A DNA stretch of 64,000 bases from assembly GCA_947259355.1 (NCBI GenBank), contig CAMYMF010000005.1:43654-107653 (forward strand). The letters run 5' to 3'. Shown piece after piece: positions 37,235 through 46,604 of this stretch. The stretch is from an uncultured Nitrospirota bacterium. Its GTDB lineage: Bacteria > CG2-30-53-67. Each line of letters begins with the position of its first letter. Position 1 is the first letter of the stretch. The position numbers and the translations under genes are program-made. Below the pieces are notes generated by a model, which saw only the letters and a program-made list of their open reading frames with translations, ran no database searches and was not told the DNA's origin.

Positions 37235-38299
37235 ATGGACGCGCTCTCGCTCCTCGGCTCGGTCATGGGTCTGGCCTTTGTGTCCGGATTGAATCTGTAC
37301 GCAACGGTGCTCACCGTCGGCCTGGGGATCCGGCTGGAGCTTCTGGCGCTGCCGCCCCATCTTGCCGACCTGGAGATCCTGGCCCACCCTGCCGTGATCG
37401 CCGCGGCAGCCGTGGCCTACTGCTTCGAGTTCTTCGCCGACAAGATCCCCTGGGTCGACACCCTCTGGGACGCCTGCCACTCGCTGATTCGCCCGCTGGG
37501 AGCGGCCATCTTGGGTGCGTCGGCGTTGGGAAGCGTCGACCCTGCACTGCAGCTGGCGGTCTTCCTGTTGTGCGGCGGTGTCGCGTTGACCTCCCATGCG
37601 ACCAAGGCGGGGCTCCGGCTTGTCGTGAATCAAAGTCCCGAACCACTCAGCAATACGGGCGTGAGCCTGAGCGAGGATGCGGTGGCGGTGGCCGGCACCT
37701 GGCTGGCCGTGAAACACCCCCTCATCATGCTGGGCTGGACCGTCTGCTTCGTCACCCTGGCGGCGCTGCTCCTGCCCCCGCTGATCCGCCTGCTGCGGGT
37801 CCAGTGCCTGGCGCTGGCGGCGCTGGGCCGCTCTTTTTTTTCCCGCAGCAGCGCCTCGGCGGAGGAGACACTGATTGATCAGATCCCGGAAGCGCTGAAG
37901 GAGCATCTCCCGGACAATCTCAGCAACAGAAACGACACCTTCTGTGTGCAGGCGGTCTCGGGAGCGGGACTGTCACCGGGGCGCTATCATGTGGGCCTGC
38001 TTTACCTCGCGGACGGACGCCTTCTCTTTGTAACCCGAAGACGTTTTCGGGTGGTGCACTCGGAGATCTCCCTGACGGGCGTTTCCTCTGTGGCCTTCGA
38101 AAAGCGCAGGCTTCTGGACCGGCTGGTCCTCACCTACGAAGACCGAACGGTGAGTCTCCTTCTGTGGAAGCGCCGCCAGAACCGCGGTGAGCAGATGGCC
38201 CAGCTGCTTCGGGCGCGGCTGGCAGCCCTCCAGGCCGATGGCCCAGCCATCCTGCAAGGTCGATCTTTGTCAAAGACGGAGGGCGGTCATCATGAATGA
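37235..38299 (+). CDS. DUF4126-type membrane protein with a C-terminal soluble (PH/GRAM-like) extension
   Basis: MDALSLLGSVMGLAFVSGLNLYATVLTVGLG...FFADKIPWVDTLWD...THATKAG (DUF4126 pattern). The C-terminal ~130 aa are beta-rich (YHVGLLYLADGRLLFVTRRRFRVVHSEISL...). Confidence 0.55.
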   Translation: MDALSLLGSVMGLAFVSGLNLYATVLTVGLGIRLELLALPPHLADLEILAHPAVIAAAAVAYCFEFFADKIPWVDTLWDACHSLIRPLGAAILGASALGSVDPALQLAVFLLCGGVALTSHATKAGLRLVVNQSPEPLSNTGVSLSEDAVAVAGTWLAVKHPLIMLGWTVCFVTLAALLLPPLIRLLRVQCLALAALGRSFFSRSSASAEETLIDQIPEALKEHLPDNLSNRNDTFCVQAVSGAGLSPGRYHVGLLYLADGRLLFVTRRRFRVVHSEISLTGVSSVAFEKRRLLDRLVLTYEDRTVSLLLWKRRQNRGEQMAQLLRARLAALQADGPAILQGRSLSKTEGGHHE

Positions 38300-39299
38300 G
38301 GCTGTGCTCTTTCTCGTCAACCCGGCAGCAGGGAGTGGGGCCGGGGCCTCCACCAAGATCCGCCTGGAAGCGCTTCTCTCGGAGGGCTCTTGCAAGGCGC
38401 AGGCCCGGTATGATCTGGTGTTCACCGACCCACACAACCTGACTGATCAGGCCCAAGCCGCCTGCGCCCGCTACGGGACGCTCGTCGCCGTCGGCGGAGA
38501 TGGCACCGCCTCGCAGGTAGCCCGGGGCATCGTGCAAGCTGGGGGATCCGCCCACTTCGGGCTCATCCCTCTCGGCACCGGAAACGACCTGGCCCGAAGT
38601 CTCGGAATCTACGATCCCCGCCTGCCGCGATCACTCCGCTCACTGCAGCGCGCGCTCTCCGTGGTGCTGGCGGGCCGGCCCCGTCGCATGGATCTGCTGA
38701 ATGTGTCCGGGGTGGGATGCTGCTGCAACTACTTCGGCGTCGGACTCGACGGGCAGGTACTCGCTGACTATGTACGCTCAGCCGCCAGCCCATGGTACAC
38801 AGCCATTCGCCGCTCCACGAGCCTCAAATTCGCACTCTACGGTCTGCATCTACTGCGTCGCCTCTCTTACCGGATGCCTCCGGAGCTGACGATGCGAGTG
38901 CGGGGCGAAAAGAACAGCGCACCGGCCGTCGCCTCCGAGAGACTCCGCGCCGTGATCGTTGGCAACACGCAAACTTATGCCGGTGGCTTCGTGCTGAATC
39001 CGGCCGCGCGCATGGACGACGGACGCTTCGAAGTCACCCGGGTGCGCCGTCTGTCGGACATCGCGCGCATCCTCCTCGCGCGGGCCGTCCCCCTGCGCTC
39101 ACTGGCTGCAGGGCTTGCAAGCACGCAGACGGATCACGTCGATTGGCAGGCACCTCCGGGTGTCCCCTGGGAATGGGACGGCGAACCGGCCGCCGGCGTC
39201 CTGCCCCGGGCGGGTTGCGTCACACTTGGCGGGCCGCTGTCGGTGCTGCTTCCCAGCGGCGACGGCGACGGCCCGCGACCAAGAGGCTCCAGCACTTGA
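38292..39299 (+). CDS. diacylglycerol kinase catalytic-domain family lipid kinase (YegS/BmrU-like)
   Basis: The ATG at 38292 overlaps the upstream gene by 8 nt. MNEAVLFLVNPAAGSG...LVAVGGDGTASQV...GLIPLGTGNDLARSLG. Confidence 0.8.
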   Translation: MNEAVLFLVNPAAGSGAGASTKIRLEALLSEGSCKAQARYDLVFTDPHNLTDQAQAACARYGTLVAVGGDGTASQVARGIVQAGGSAHFGLIPLGTGNDLARSLGIYDPRLPRSLRSLQRALSVVLAGRPRRMDLLNVSGVGCCCNYFGVGLDGQVLADYVRSAASPWYTAIRRSTSLKFALYGLHLLRRLSYRMPPELTMRVRGEKNSAPAVASERLRAVIVGNTQTYAGGFVLNPAARMDDGRFEVTRVRRLSDIARILLARAVPLRSLAAGLASTQTDHVDWQAPPGVPWEWDGEPAAGVLPRAGCVTLGGPLSVLLPSGDGDGPRPRGSST

Positions 39300-39532
39300 C
39301 GGCCCGGCGCCGATCGCTTCGAGACCTGGACCGCGGGCAAAGCACATGCCCACATGGCCCACCGATTGCCATTGCGCCTTCGCGAGGTTTGTTGCTATAG
39401 TGGCCCCGTCCGCGGGCGGCGTGCGCCATGGAGCAGGTCGCGACGAGGCACGGCGGGAACACCCCCGGCGGCCGCCGTCATGCCGTCTCGGGCCGGCACG
39501 AAAAGGCCGCCGAATCAAGACAGGAGAGACCA

Positions 39533-40141
39533 TTGGACTGGCGGTATCTGATGCTCCCGGTCGTTGGTGCAGCTATCGGATGGATCACCAACTACATCGC
39601 GATCAAGATGCTCTTTCGGCCTTACCGGCCGGTGCGCATCTTGTTCTGGACACTGCAGGGCCTTCTTCCGAGACGGCGGAGGGAGTTTGCCCAGAGCATC
39701 GCCCGTACCGTAGAACGGGACCTGCTGACCGCGGAGGACATCACCCAATTCATCGATGAAGTGGAGTGGGAAGAAGAGGTGGAATGGGCCGTGGCCCAGA
39801 CGGTCGAAGCCCGCCTTCGGGACAGCCGCATTCACCGGTTTCTCAACACTCCCATCGTGGGACTCATCGGCCAGGAAGTGGTGCGACAGGTCAAGCGGAT
39901 TATCTCCCGGGCCGTCATCACCAAGGTCCATGAACACAAGGCAGGGCTGGTGGAGAAGTTTCAGGGCTCCCTTCAGCTCAAGAAAGTGGTGTCCGAACGG
40001 GTGGAGGGCTTCGATATGGAAAAACTCGAAGCCGTTCTCATGGCGCTCATCGCGAAGGAGCTGACCTATATTGAAACAGTGGGAGCAGTCCTCGGATTCT
40101 GCATCGGTCTGGTGCAGATGGCCCTGCTGCTGCTCTTGTGA
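39533..40141 (+). CDS. DUF445 family membrane protein
   Basis: TTG at 39533 follows AGGAGA: (M)DWRYLMLPVVGAAIGWITNYIAIKMLFRPYRP...; C-terminal TM helix. The track ORF starts at 39428, so the start is uncertain. Confidence 0.55.
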   Translation: MDWRYLMLPVVGAAIGWITNYIAIKMLFRPYRPVRILFWTLQGLLPRRRREFAQSIARTVERDLLTAEDITQFIDEVEWEEEVEWAVAQTVEARLRDSRIHRFLNTPIVGLIGQEVVRQVKRIISRAVITKVHEHKAGLVEKFQGSLQLKKVVSERVEGFDMEKLEAVLMALIAKELTYIETVGAVLGFCIGLVQMALLLLL

Positions 40142-40156
40142 AGGCATTGCGTCGGG

Positions 40157-40990
40157 ATGAACAAAGGCAAGCTCTATATCGTGGCCACGCCCATCGGAAA
40201 CCTCGAGGACATCACTCTCCGGGCGATTCGCGTCCTCAAGTCGGTGGGACTCATTGCCGCCGAAGACACCCGGCGTTCCCGGCGCCTGTTGAATCATTAT
40301 CAGATCTCCACGCCGGCTACGAGTTACCATGACTATACCAGCGAGAAGAAACGGAAAAGGATCATCGGCCGACTCATGGGGGGTGTGGATGTCGCCCTCA
40401 TCTCGGATGCGGGCACACCGGGCATTTCCGATCCCGGGTATCGCCTCGTCGTGGACGCCTTGGCAGAGGACATTACGGTCCTGGCGGTCCCGGGCCCCTC
40501 GGTGGTCACGGCTGCGCTCTCCGTCTCCGGGTTGCCCACCGATTGTTTTTTCTTTGCCGGGTACCTGCCGGCCCGCAAGAGCACTCGGCGTGACAGGCTC
40601 CTGGCGCTCAGCGGGCGCGCTGAAACCCTCGTCATCCACGAAGCGCCGCACCGGATTGTCGAGACTCTGGCGACGATGGCCAGCGTCTTCGGCAACCGCC
40701 GTATGGCCTTGATCCGGGAGATGACCAAGCTGCACGAAGAGATTTTTCGGGGCACATTGGAGGCAGCGCGCGTCCATTTGCAGGCAAAGCCCAGGATTCG
40801 GGGCGAGATGACCCTGGTGGTCGCGGGCGATTCTTCAGAGCGCCCCGCAGAAGAGGCGATCGACCTGCCCGAAGAGATTGCCCGCGTGATTCGGGAGCAG
40901 AAAGTGACCCGAAAAGATGCCGTGCGAATCGTGGCTGAGACCTTCGGCATTCCCAAGAATAAGGTTTACCGGGCGAGTCTCGGCAAATGA
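40157..40990 (+). CDS. rsmI: 16S rRNA (cytidine1402-2'-O)-methyltransferase
   Basis: MNKGKLYIVATPIGNLEDITLRAIRVLKSVGLIAAEDTRRSRRLLNHYQI... Confidence 0.92.
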   Translation: MNKGKLYIVATPIGNLEDITLRAIRVLKSVGLIAAEDTRRSRRLLNHYQISTPATSYHDYTSEKKRKRIIGRLMGGVDVALISDAGTPGISDPGYRLVVDALAEDITVLAVPGPSVVTAALSVSGLPTDCFFFAGYLPARKSTRRDRLLALSGRAETLVIHEAPHRIVETLATMASVFGNRRMALIREMTKLHEEIFRGTLEAARVHLQAKPRIRGEMTLVVAGDSSERPAEEAIDLPEEIARVIREQKVTRKDAVRIVAETFGIPKNKVYRASLGK

Positions 40991-41034
40991 GCCTTGGGGG
41001 CCTCGGGTCTGACCCTGCAAACAGGAGTTTGCCC

Positions 41035-42162
41035 ATGGAACGGAGTCAAGTCGTCTGGCTTTCAGCCAGAGCCACCAAATGGTCCTACCGGCAGAGCCTC
41101 GCGGGGCGCCTGGAAACACTCCTGAAGGAACTGCCCCTGTCTCGCTTCATGAAGAAGAAAGCCCCGGTGGCTGTCAAGACCCACTTCGGATCGGAAGGCG
41201 CCCATCGGGTGGTCCGTCCTCTCTTCATCCGAAAAGTCGTGGACGGCGTCATCCGGGCGGGGGGCAAACCTTTCGTCACCGACACGGTGCGCATACGCGG
41301 GCTGGATTACCTGAGGGTCGCCAATGAAAACGGGCTCAACGAGCTTTCCTGCGGCGCCCCTCTGGTGATGGCTGACGGAATCTTCGGCAACGACCATGTC
41401 CGGGTGCCGGCAGGCAAAGAGCAGGGCGAAGTCCTGGTGGCGTCGGCCATCTACGATGTGCCCAGCATGATCGTGCTGTCCCACTTCAAGGGGCATGTCA
41501 ACGCCGGCATCGGCGGTGCCATCAAGAACCTGGCCATGGGCGGACTGTCGGGCTCCAGCAGAAACGACGACTGGCAGCACGGCCGCGGGGGGATGCATGT
41601 CCATCATACGGAGGGCGAAATCTCGTGGAAACAGGAGCAATGCATCCGCTGCGATCAGTGTGTCGAGGTCTGTCCGCTGGAGGTCTGCTTCTTTGAAGAT
41701 GAACGGTTTGCATACAACCAGAAAAAATGCTGGCGCTGCGGCCGCTGTGTCCGGGTCTGTCCCGAGGCGGCCCTCCACATGCCGATGAACGATGAGCGGT
41801 TCCACCGGGGACTGGCCGAGTCGGCGGGAGCTGTTCTTTCCACGTTCAAGAGGGAGCGGGTCCTGTACCTCAATTTCCTGCTGGAGATCCAACCCGAATG
41901 CGATTGCATGCCGATGGCCGATGTCCCCGTCATTCAGGACTTGGGCATTCTGGTCTCGGAGGACATCGTCGCCGTCGACCAGGCGTCCCTGGATCTGCTG
42001 CGGGAGAGCCCACCGCTGCCGGGCTCGGCGGCCGAGGACAAGGGCATCGCACGGGGGGAGGACATCATGTTACGGCTCCACGAAACGGACGGTCAGAGGC
42101 ATATCGATGCGGCCTGGGAGCTGGGACTTGGCAGAAAAGCCTATGACCTTGTTCGCAAGTGA
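41035..42162 (+). CDS. DUF362 domain protein with an inserted 2x[4Fe-4S] ferredoxin domain
   Basis: ATG 41035 follows AGGAG. VAVKTHFGSEG...KPFVTDT...HFKGHVNAGIGGAIKNLAMG. Two CxxCxxCxxxCP motifs: CIRCDQCVEVCP and CWRCGRCVRVCP. Confidence 0.7.
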   Translation: MERSQVVWLSARATKWSYRQSLAGRLETLLKELPLSRFMKKKAPVAVKTHFGSEGAHRVVRPLFIRKVVDGVIRAGGKPFVTDTVRIRGLDYLRVANENGLNELSCGAPLVMADGIFGNDHVRVPAGKEQGEVLVASAIYDVPSMIVLSHFKGHVNAGIGGAIKNLAMGGLSGSSRNDDWQHGRGGMHVHHTEGEISWKQEQCIRCDQCVEVCPLEVCFFEDERFAYNQKKCWRCGRCVRVCPEAALHMPMNDERFHRGLAESAGAVLSTFKRERVLYLNFLLEIQPECDCMPMADVPVIQDLGILVSEDIVAVDQASLDLLRESPPLPGSAAEDKGIARGEDIMLRLHETDGQRHIDAAWELGLGRKAYDLVRK

Positions 42163-42248
42163 AAGATACCCTGCAAATACGGTTGACAGAGCGCCCGCAC
42201 TCGAGATAAAAAGACCTGAAGAAGCGCAGTCCCCGCAAGAGGAACTCC

Positions 42249-42926
42249 ATGCCGGCCCGTATACTCGTTGTAGACGACTCCAGCGATAACGTGGAAGTAC
42301 TCAAAACCGTTCTTGAGTACAACACGTATGACGTGTTGACGGCGTGCACGGGGGAGGAGGGAATCCGTATTGCCCGCGAGGAGGCACCGGATCTTATCCT
42401 AATGGATGTCATCATGCCCGGTTTGGATGGCATTGAAACCTGCCGGCTGCTGACGCGAGAGGAGTCGACCAGACACATACCGGTGATCATGCTCACCGCC
42501 AAGCACGAACCGGAGGATCTCCAGCAGGGACTGGAAGCGGGGGCTGTGGACTACGTCAAGAAGCCCTTCGTCATCGTGGAACTGCTGGCCCGGGTTAAGG
42601 CGGCGTTGCGGCTGAAAAAGGCGCAGGACAGGCTGGTGGAACAGGAGAAGAAGATCGCCGTCATGGAGCTCGCCGGCGCCGCGGCCCACGAGCTGAACCA
42701 GCCTCTGACCGTCATCAATTGCCAGGCCAAACTCCTGGAGGAATCTCTCGAGAAGCGGCATATTCCACCGAGCCGTGAGATGGAGATTATCTATGAGTCC
42801 ATAGGCAAGATGACCGATATTATCCGAAAGATTGGCAATATCACCAAGTACAGGACCAAGGATTATCTTCTGGGTGAGAAGATCATCGACCTCAATGAAG
42901 CCAGTGAGGAACTCCTGGAAGAGTGA
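42249..42926 (+). CDS. response regulator receiver domain fused to a HisKA-like DHp helix pair, with no HATPase_c
   Basis: REC part: ILVVDDS...DLILMDVIMPGLDG...MLTA...DYVKKP. This is followed by ELAGAAAHELNQPLTVI (H-box), and the protein ends about 70 aa later. Confidence 0.75.
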   Translation: MPARILVVDDSSDNVEVLKTVLEYNTYDVLTACTGEEGIRIAREEAPDLILMDVIMPGLDGIETCRLLTREESTRHIPVIMLTAKHEPEDLQQGLEAGAVDYVKKPFVIVELLARVKAALRLKKAQDRLVEQEKKIAVMELAGAAAHELNQPLTVINCQAKLLEESLEKRHIPPSREMEIIYESIGKMTDIIRKIGNITKYRTKDYLLGEKIIDLNEASEELLEE

Positions 42927-42955
42927 ACCCTCCGGAGCTCGTCCCACCTTTTCCC

Positions 42956-42985
42956 TTGACAGGACTCACCCGATCGCGCTAATTT
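42956..42985 (+). promoter_or_regulatory. candidate sigma-70 promoter of the Rrf2 regulator gene
   Basis: TTGACA (42956-42961), 18-nt spacer, TAATTT (42980-42985). An AACAAA...TTTGTT inverted repeat lies downstream. Confidence 0.4.
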
Positions 42986-43037
42986 TCGAAACAAAATAAA
43001 GCTTATCTCCTTTGTTCTATTTACACGGGAGGAGACC

Positions 43038-43457
43038 ATGGAATTGACGCGGGCTGCCGACTACGCCCTGCGCGGTATTTTGTATCTCTCTATGCAACCC
43101 CGGAATTCGCTGTGCGTCATCAGCGAAATCGCGGAGGAAATGAGTATTCCAGAAGGCTTTCTGGCGAGGATCTTCCAGATCCTCGCGAAGGCGGGGATCA
43201 TTCGCTCGCATCGCGGAAAGAAGGGGGGCTTCTCTCTCGCAAAACCCCCGGAAGAGATTCAAATGAAGGAAGTGATCGAAGCCCTGGAAGGCCCGATTCT
43301 CCTCAACCGGTGTCTTGAAGGTGAGGACATCTGCGAACATCAGAGCTACTGCGCCCTCCACGAAGTCTGGGACAAGATTCAAACAAACGTGGTGACCATT
43401 CTGGAGGATACCGATTTTGCCTCTCTGTCGGAACGGGTCAGAGAAAAGAAGGGCTGA
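43038..43457 (+). CDS. Rrf2 family transcriptional regulator (three-Cys cluster-ligand type)
   Basis: MELTRAADYALRGILYLS...IAEEMSIPEGFLARIFQILAKAGIIRSHRGKKGGFSLA...C-x6-C-x5-C (CLEGEDICEHQSYC). Confidence 0.88.
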   Translation: MELTRAADYALRGILYLSMQPRNSLCVISEIAEEMSIPEGFLARIFQILAKAGIIRSHRGKKGGFSLAKPPEEIQMKEVIEALEGPILLNRCLEGEDICEHQSYCALHEVWDKIQTNVVTILEDTDFASLSERVREKKG

Positions 43458-43486
43458 AAGCCCCCTTCCGAAGGCACCGAGCACCC

Positions 43487-44446
43487 ATGGAAATTGTCCA
43501 CAATCCTGAAACGATCCAACAGCGTTATCCCTATCCGGTACTGACCCTCGGTAACTACGACGGCGTCCATCTGGGGCACCAGGAGATCTACCGCCGGGTC
43601 ATTGCCCGGGCGCGGGAAAAGTCTGGAACCGCCATCATTTTCACCTTCGAACCCCATCCGCTCATGGTTTTGTCACCGTCGACCTGTCCGCCGCTGCTCA
43701 ATACCTTCCGGCGGAAAATGGAACTCTTCGAATCCTTCGGCATCGACGTGGTGATCTGCGCGGAGTTCACCCGTGAGTTTGCGGCCACACCGCCGGCGGA
43801 CTTCGTCCAAGAGGTCCTGGTAGAGCAGATCGGGGTGCAGGAGATCTTCGTGGGATACGACTTTGCCTTCGGACGCGGCAAACAGGGAACCACCGATGCC
43901 CTCCGGACGTTTGGAGAGATGTACGGATTCCGCGTGACGGTGGTCCCTGCCCATACCCTCAAGGGCGAAGTCGTCAGTACCACCCGCCTGCGTGAGCTCG
44001 TCCGTAAGGGCGACGTTGAGAAGATGGCCGAGATGCTGGGTCGCTTCTACGCGAGCGAGGGGACCGTCGTACCGGGAGACCATCGCGGCAAATCCCTCGG
44101 ATTTCCCACCGCGAATCTTCACGTCCACAATCAGACCTTTCCCAAGCGGGGTGTTTACGCGGTACAGGTTGAGACGGGCGGACGGCTGTTGGATGGGGTG
44201 GCCAGTATCGGCACCCACCCAACCTTCGGCGAGGGGAAGATGACCATCGAGGTGCACATCTTCGATTTCGACGCGGATATTTACGGGGAGTTTGTCCGCG
44301 TCCTCTATCGGAAACGGCTGCGCGATGAACGCACCTATGACAGCAAGGAGGCCCTCATCCGACAGATCCACAAGGACGTCGAAGAGGCCCGGCGGGTCCT
44401 GCGCGAAAAGGGCCGGCGCGAGACGCCCCATGAAAAAATTCCGTAG
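43487..44446 (+). CDS. ribF: bifunctional riboflavin kinase / FAD synthetase
   Basis: LTLGNYDGVHLGHQ...; the C-terminal kinase domain has GDHRGKSLGFPTANL and EVHIFDF. Confidence 0.93.
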   Translation: MEIVHNPETIQQRYPYPVLTLGNYDGVHLGHQEIYRRVIARAREKSGTAIIFTFEPHPLMVLSPSTCPPLLNTFRRKMELFESFGIDVVICAEFTREFAATPPADFVQEVLVEQIGVQEIFVGYDFAFGRGKQGTTDALRTFGEMYGFRVTVVPAHTLKGEVVSTTRLRELVRKGDVEKMAEMLGRFYASEGTVVPGDHRGKSLGFPTANLHVHNQTFPKRGVYAVQVETGGRLLDGVASIGTHPTFGEGKMTIEVHIFDFDADIYGEFVRVLYRKRLRDERTYDSKEALIRQIHKDVEEARRVLREKGRRETPHEKIP

Positions 44447-45464
44447 AAGCCTCTGGCTGGGACTCGTCCTCAGCGGCGCGCTCGTCGCCCTCCTTCTGGT
44501 CCGGACCGATTTCGCCAAATTGGCCGAGGCCTTCCGTCGTGCCAATTATCTCTTCTGCATCCCCATGATCGCCGTTGTGCTGTTGGGCATGTTCGTTCGG
44601 GCCTACCGGTGGCGCTTCATCATGGCGCCGCTCCATCGTGCTGCCATGCGCAACCTCTTCTCAGCCACCATGATCGGCTTCATGGCCAACTATGTACTAC
44701 CGGCGCGGATGGGAGAGCTGATCCGGGCTTACCTCATCGGGCAGACGGAAACGATCTCCAAAATCAGTGCCTTCGGCACCATTGTGGTGGAGCGGCTCTT
44801 TGATACATTGACGGTGCTGATTATTCTGGTGGGGGTGCTCTTCATGATTTCCCGACCGGACAGTCCACTGGATGCTGTCTATGCCACAAGCCTGAAGGCT
44901 GCAGGTCTGCTGCTTTGTTTCGCGTTTGTCGGCGTTCTCGGCTTTCTCACGCTGCTGAAAATGAAGACCGCGCAAACCCTCGACGCCGTCCGGTGGTGCC
45001 TGCAAGTATTTTCACAAACCTGGCGCGAGAAGATTCTCGGGCTCCTGGAGGCCTTTGTTTCAGGCCTCGGTGCCGTGCGGCCCGGGGCTCATCTGGTGCA
45101 GATTCTTTTCTACTCGGCCCTCATGTGGGGACTGTACGCGTTGGGAAACGATTTCATGCTGCAGGCCTTCCGGATCGACCTGCCGGGCTATGTCCCCTAC
45201 TACCTGCTGGTGGTGCAGGCTGTGGCCGTGGCCATCCCCGCCTCACCGGGATTCGTAGGGACTTACCATGCTGCTGTGGTCGCCGGCCTCGCGGCCTTTG
45301 AGATTCCCGAAGAGACTGGACTCAGTTTTGCCATTCTCTCCCATTTCCTGTTAATCGTTCCGATCATTCTCTCGGGGCTCTTCCTGCTCTGGCGGGAGCA
45401 TCTCTCGCTCAATCGTTTGGAGGTCGAAGCCGAAGGGGTCGCGGAAGAAACGAGGTTCCCATAG
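44430..45464 (+). CDS. UPF0104 / lysylphosphatidylglycerol-synthase-TM-region (flippase-like) membrane protein
   Basis: From the internal ATG: MKKFRRSLWLGLVLSGALVALLL...YRWRFIM...PARMGELIRAYL; about 8 TM helices. Confidence 0.6.
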   Translation: MKKFRRSLWLGLVLSGALVALLLVRTDFAKLAEAFRRANYLFCIPMIAVVLLGMFVRAYRWRFIMAPLHRAAMRNLFSATMIGFMANYVLPARMGELIRAYLIGQTETISKISAFGTIVVERLFDTLTVLIILVGVLFMISRPDSPLDAVYATSLKAAGLLLCFAFVGVLGFLTLLKMKTAQTLDAVRWCLQVFSQTWREKILGLLEAFVSGLGAVRPGAHLVQILFYSALMWGLYALGNDFMLQAFRIDLPGYVPYYLLVVQAVAVAIPASPGFVGTYHAAVVAGLAAFEIPEETGLSFAILSHFLLIVPIILSGLFLLWREHLSLNRLEVEAEGVAEETRFP

Positions 45465-45472
45465 GAGTCGTT

Positions 45473-45724
45473 ATGGGGCGTCTTGTCATCGCCATGCTGT
45501 GGGGGGTGCTGGTCTACTTGCTCTGGAAGATGTTCTTCCCGTCGCGCCCGACGCTTCGCGGCCGGAACTCACGGGAAGGGCAGATTGAATCGATGGTGCA
45601 GGACCCCAACTGTGAAACTTTCATCCCCCAGTCCCAGGCGCTTCGCAAAACCATCCGGGGTGAAACGCGCTATTTCTGCAGCAAAGCCTGTCTGCAGGCT
45701 TACCGGGAAAAATCGAAGTCCTAA
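45473..45724 (+). CDS. small TM-anchored protein with a C-terminal TRASH/YHS-like Cys motif (PP0621-like)
   Basis: 83 aa with an N-terminal TM helix, then DPNCETFIPQSQAL...RYFCSKACLQAY. Confidence 0.5.
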   Translation: MGRLVIAMLWGVLVYLLWKMFFPSRPTLRGRNSREGQIESMVQDPNCETFIPQSQALRKTIRGETRYFCSKACLQAYREKSKS

Positions 45725-45742
45725 GGGTCGCACCACACAGTG

Positions 45743-46450
45743 TTACGGCGGAAGCACCTGGTTGGCGATGATCGTCCGGCGAAGATGCTCCACGAAACCA
45801 TTGGGGCCATTCGTGGCCACCTCCGAGAGATGGATGGGTCGCCCAATAACCAGATGAATCTCGCCGGGTCTGGGCCGAAAACTCTTCTTGGGCATGATAT
45901 GGAAGCTGCCAGAAATACTGACGGGAACCACCGGCGCGCCCGCCGCTCGGGCCAGATAATAACATCCCTTCTTAAATGGCTGAACGCTGCCGTCGACTGA
46001 GCGCGTTCCTTCCGCGAAGATCAGAATGGACTGGCCCCGGCGGATCTGTTCGGCTGCGGCCGCGAGGCTGCGTCGCGCCGCTTCCCGATTGGACCGATCG
46101 ATGAGGACATTGCCGAAGCGCTTCATGGCAAGACTGAACACGGGAATGCGGTAGAGCTCCTTCTTTGCAACCCAGCCGAAACGCAAGGGCACGGCGGCAA
46201 AGAGGGCAAAGATGTCAAAATAGCCCTGATGATTCGATACCAGAATCTTGGCGCCGTCACCCGCAATGTTTTCGGTTCCCACGGCGCGCACCGTCACCCC
46301 AGCGGCGGCCAAAATGCCTCGCGCCCAGAGTCTGGCGAAGAAATGCAGGCTCTTTCCATTTCGGTCGAAAAACGAAAAGAGAATCAGCAGCGTTCCCAGA
46401 ATCAGGGTCAGAGAGACACCAACCGCCCAGACCCATACGGTGCGTATCAT
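45743..46450 (-). CDS. plsC: 1-acyl-sn-glycerol-3-phosphate acyltransferase
   Basis: From the internal ATG: MIRTVWVWAVG... It has the NHQGYFD (HX4D) and FAEGTRS motifs. Confidence 0.85.
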   Translation of the reverse strand: MIRTVWVWAVGVSLTLILGTLLILFSFFDRNGKSLHFFARLWARGILAAAGVTVRAVGTENIAGDGAKILVSNHQGYFDIFALFAAVPLRFGWVAKKELYRIPVFSLAMKRFGNVLIDRSNREAARRSLAAAAEQIRRGQSILIFAEGTRSVDGSVQPFKKGCYYLARAAGAPVVPVSISGSFHIMPKKSFRPRPGEIHLVIGRPIHLSEVATNGPNGFVEHLRRTIIANQVLPP

Positions 46451-46604
46451 GACCACCTCCCGGCGGGCCGTATTATAGAAGAAGCCCCAAGGCATTGCAA
46501 GGCCAACCCATAGCCCGTTGACTTTCCGCCCCCCCATGCGATAAATTGTGACCAGTCCCGTCTCGCCGCAACAAACGGAGCGGACCGCGCGCGGAGCGAA
46601 CAGC

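Noticed and set aside
36688-37878. 396-aa plus-strand ORF
   Set aside because: It runs across the TPP riboswitch (opposite strand) and is out of frame within the DUF4126 gene. It is Arg/Pro/Gly-rich junk.
39515-40777. 420-aa minus-strand ORF
   Set aside because: It is antisense to the DUF445 and rsmI genes, both of which have strong family signatures. The ORF has no motifs.
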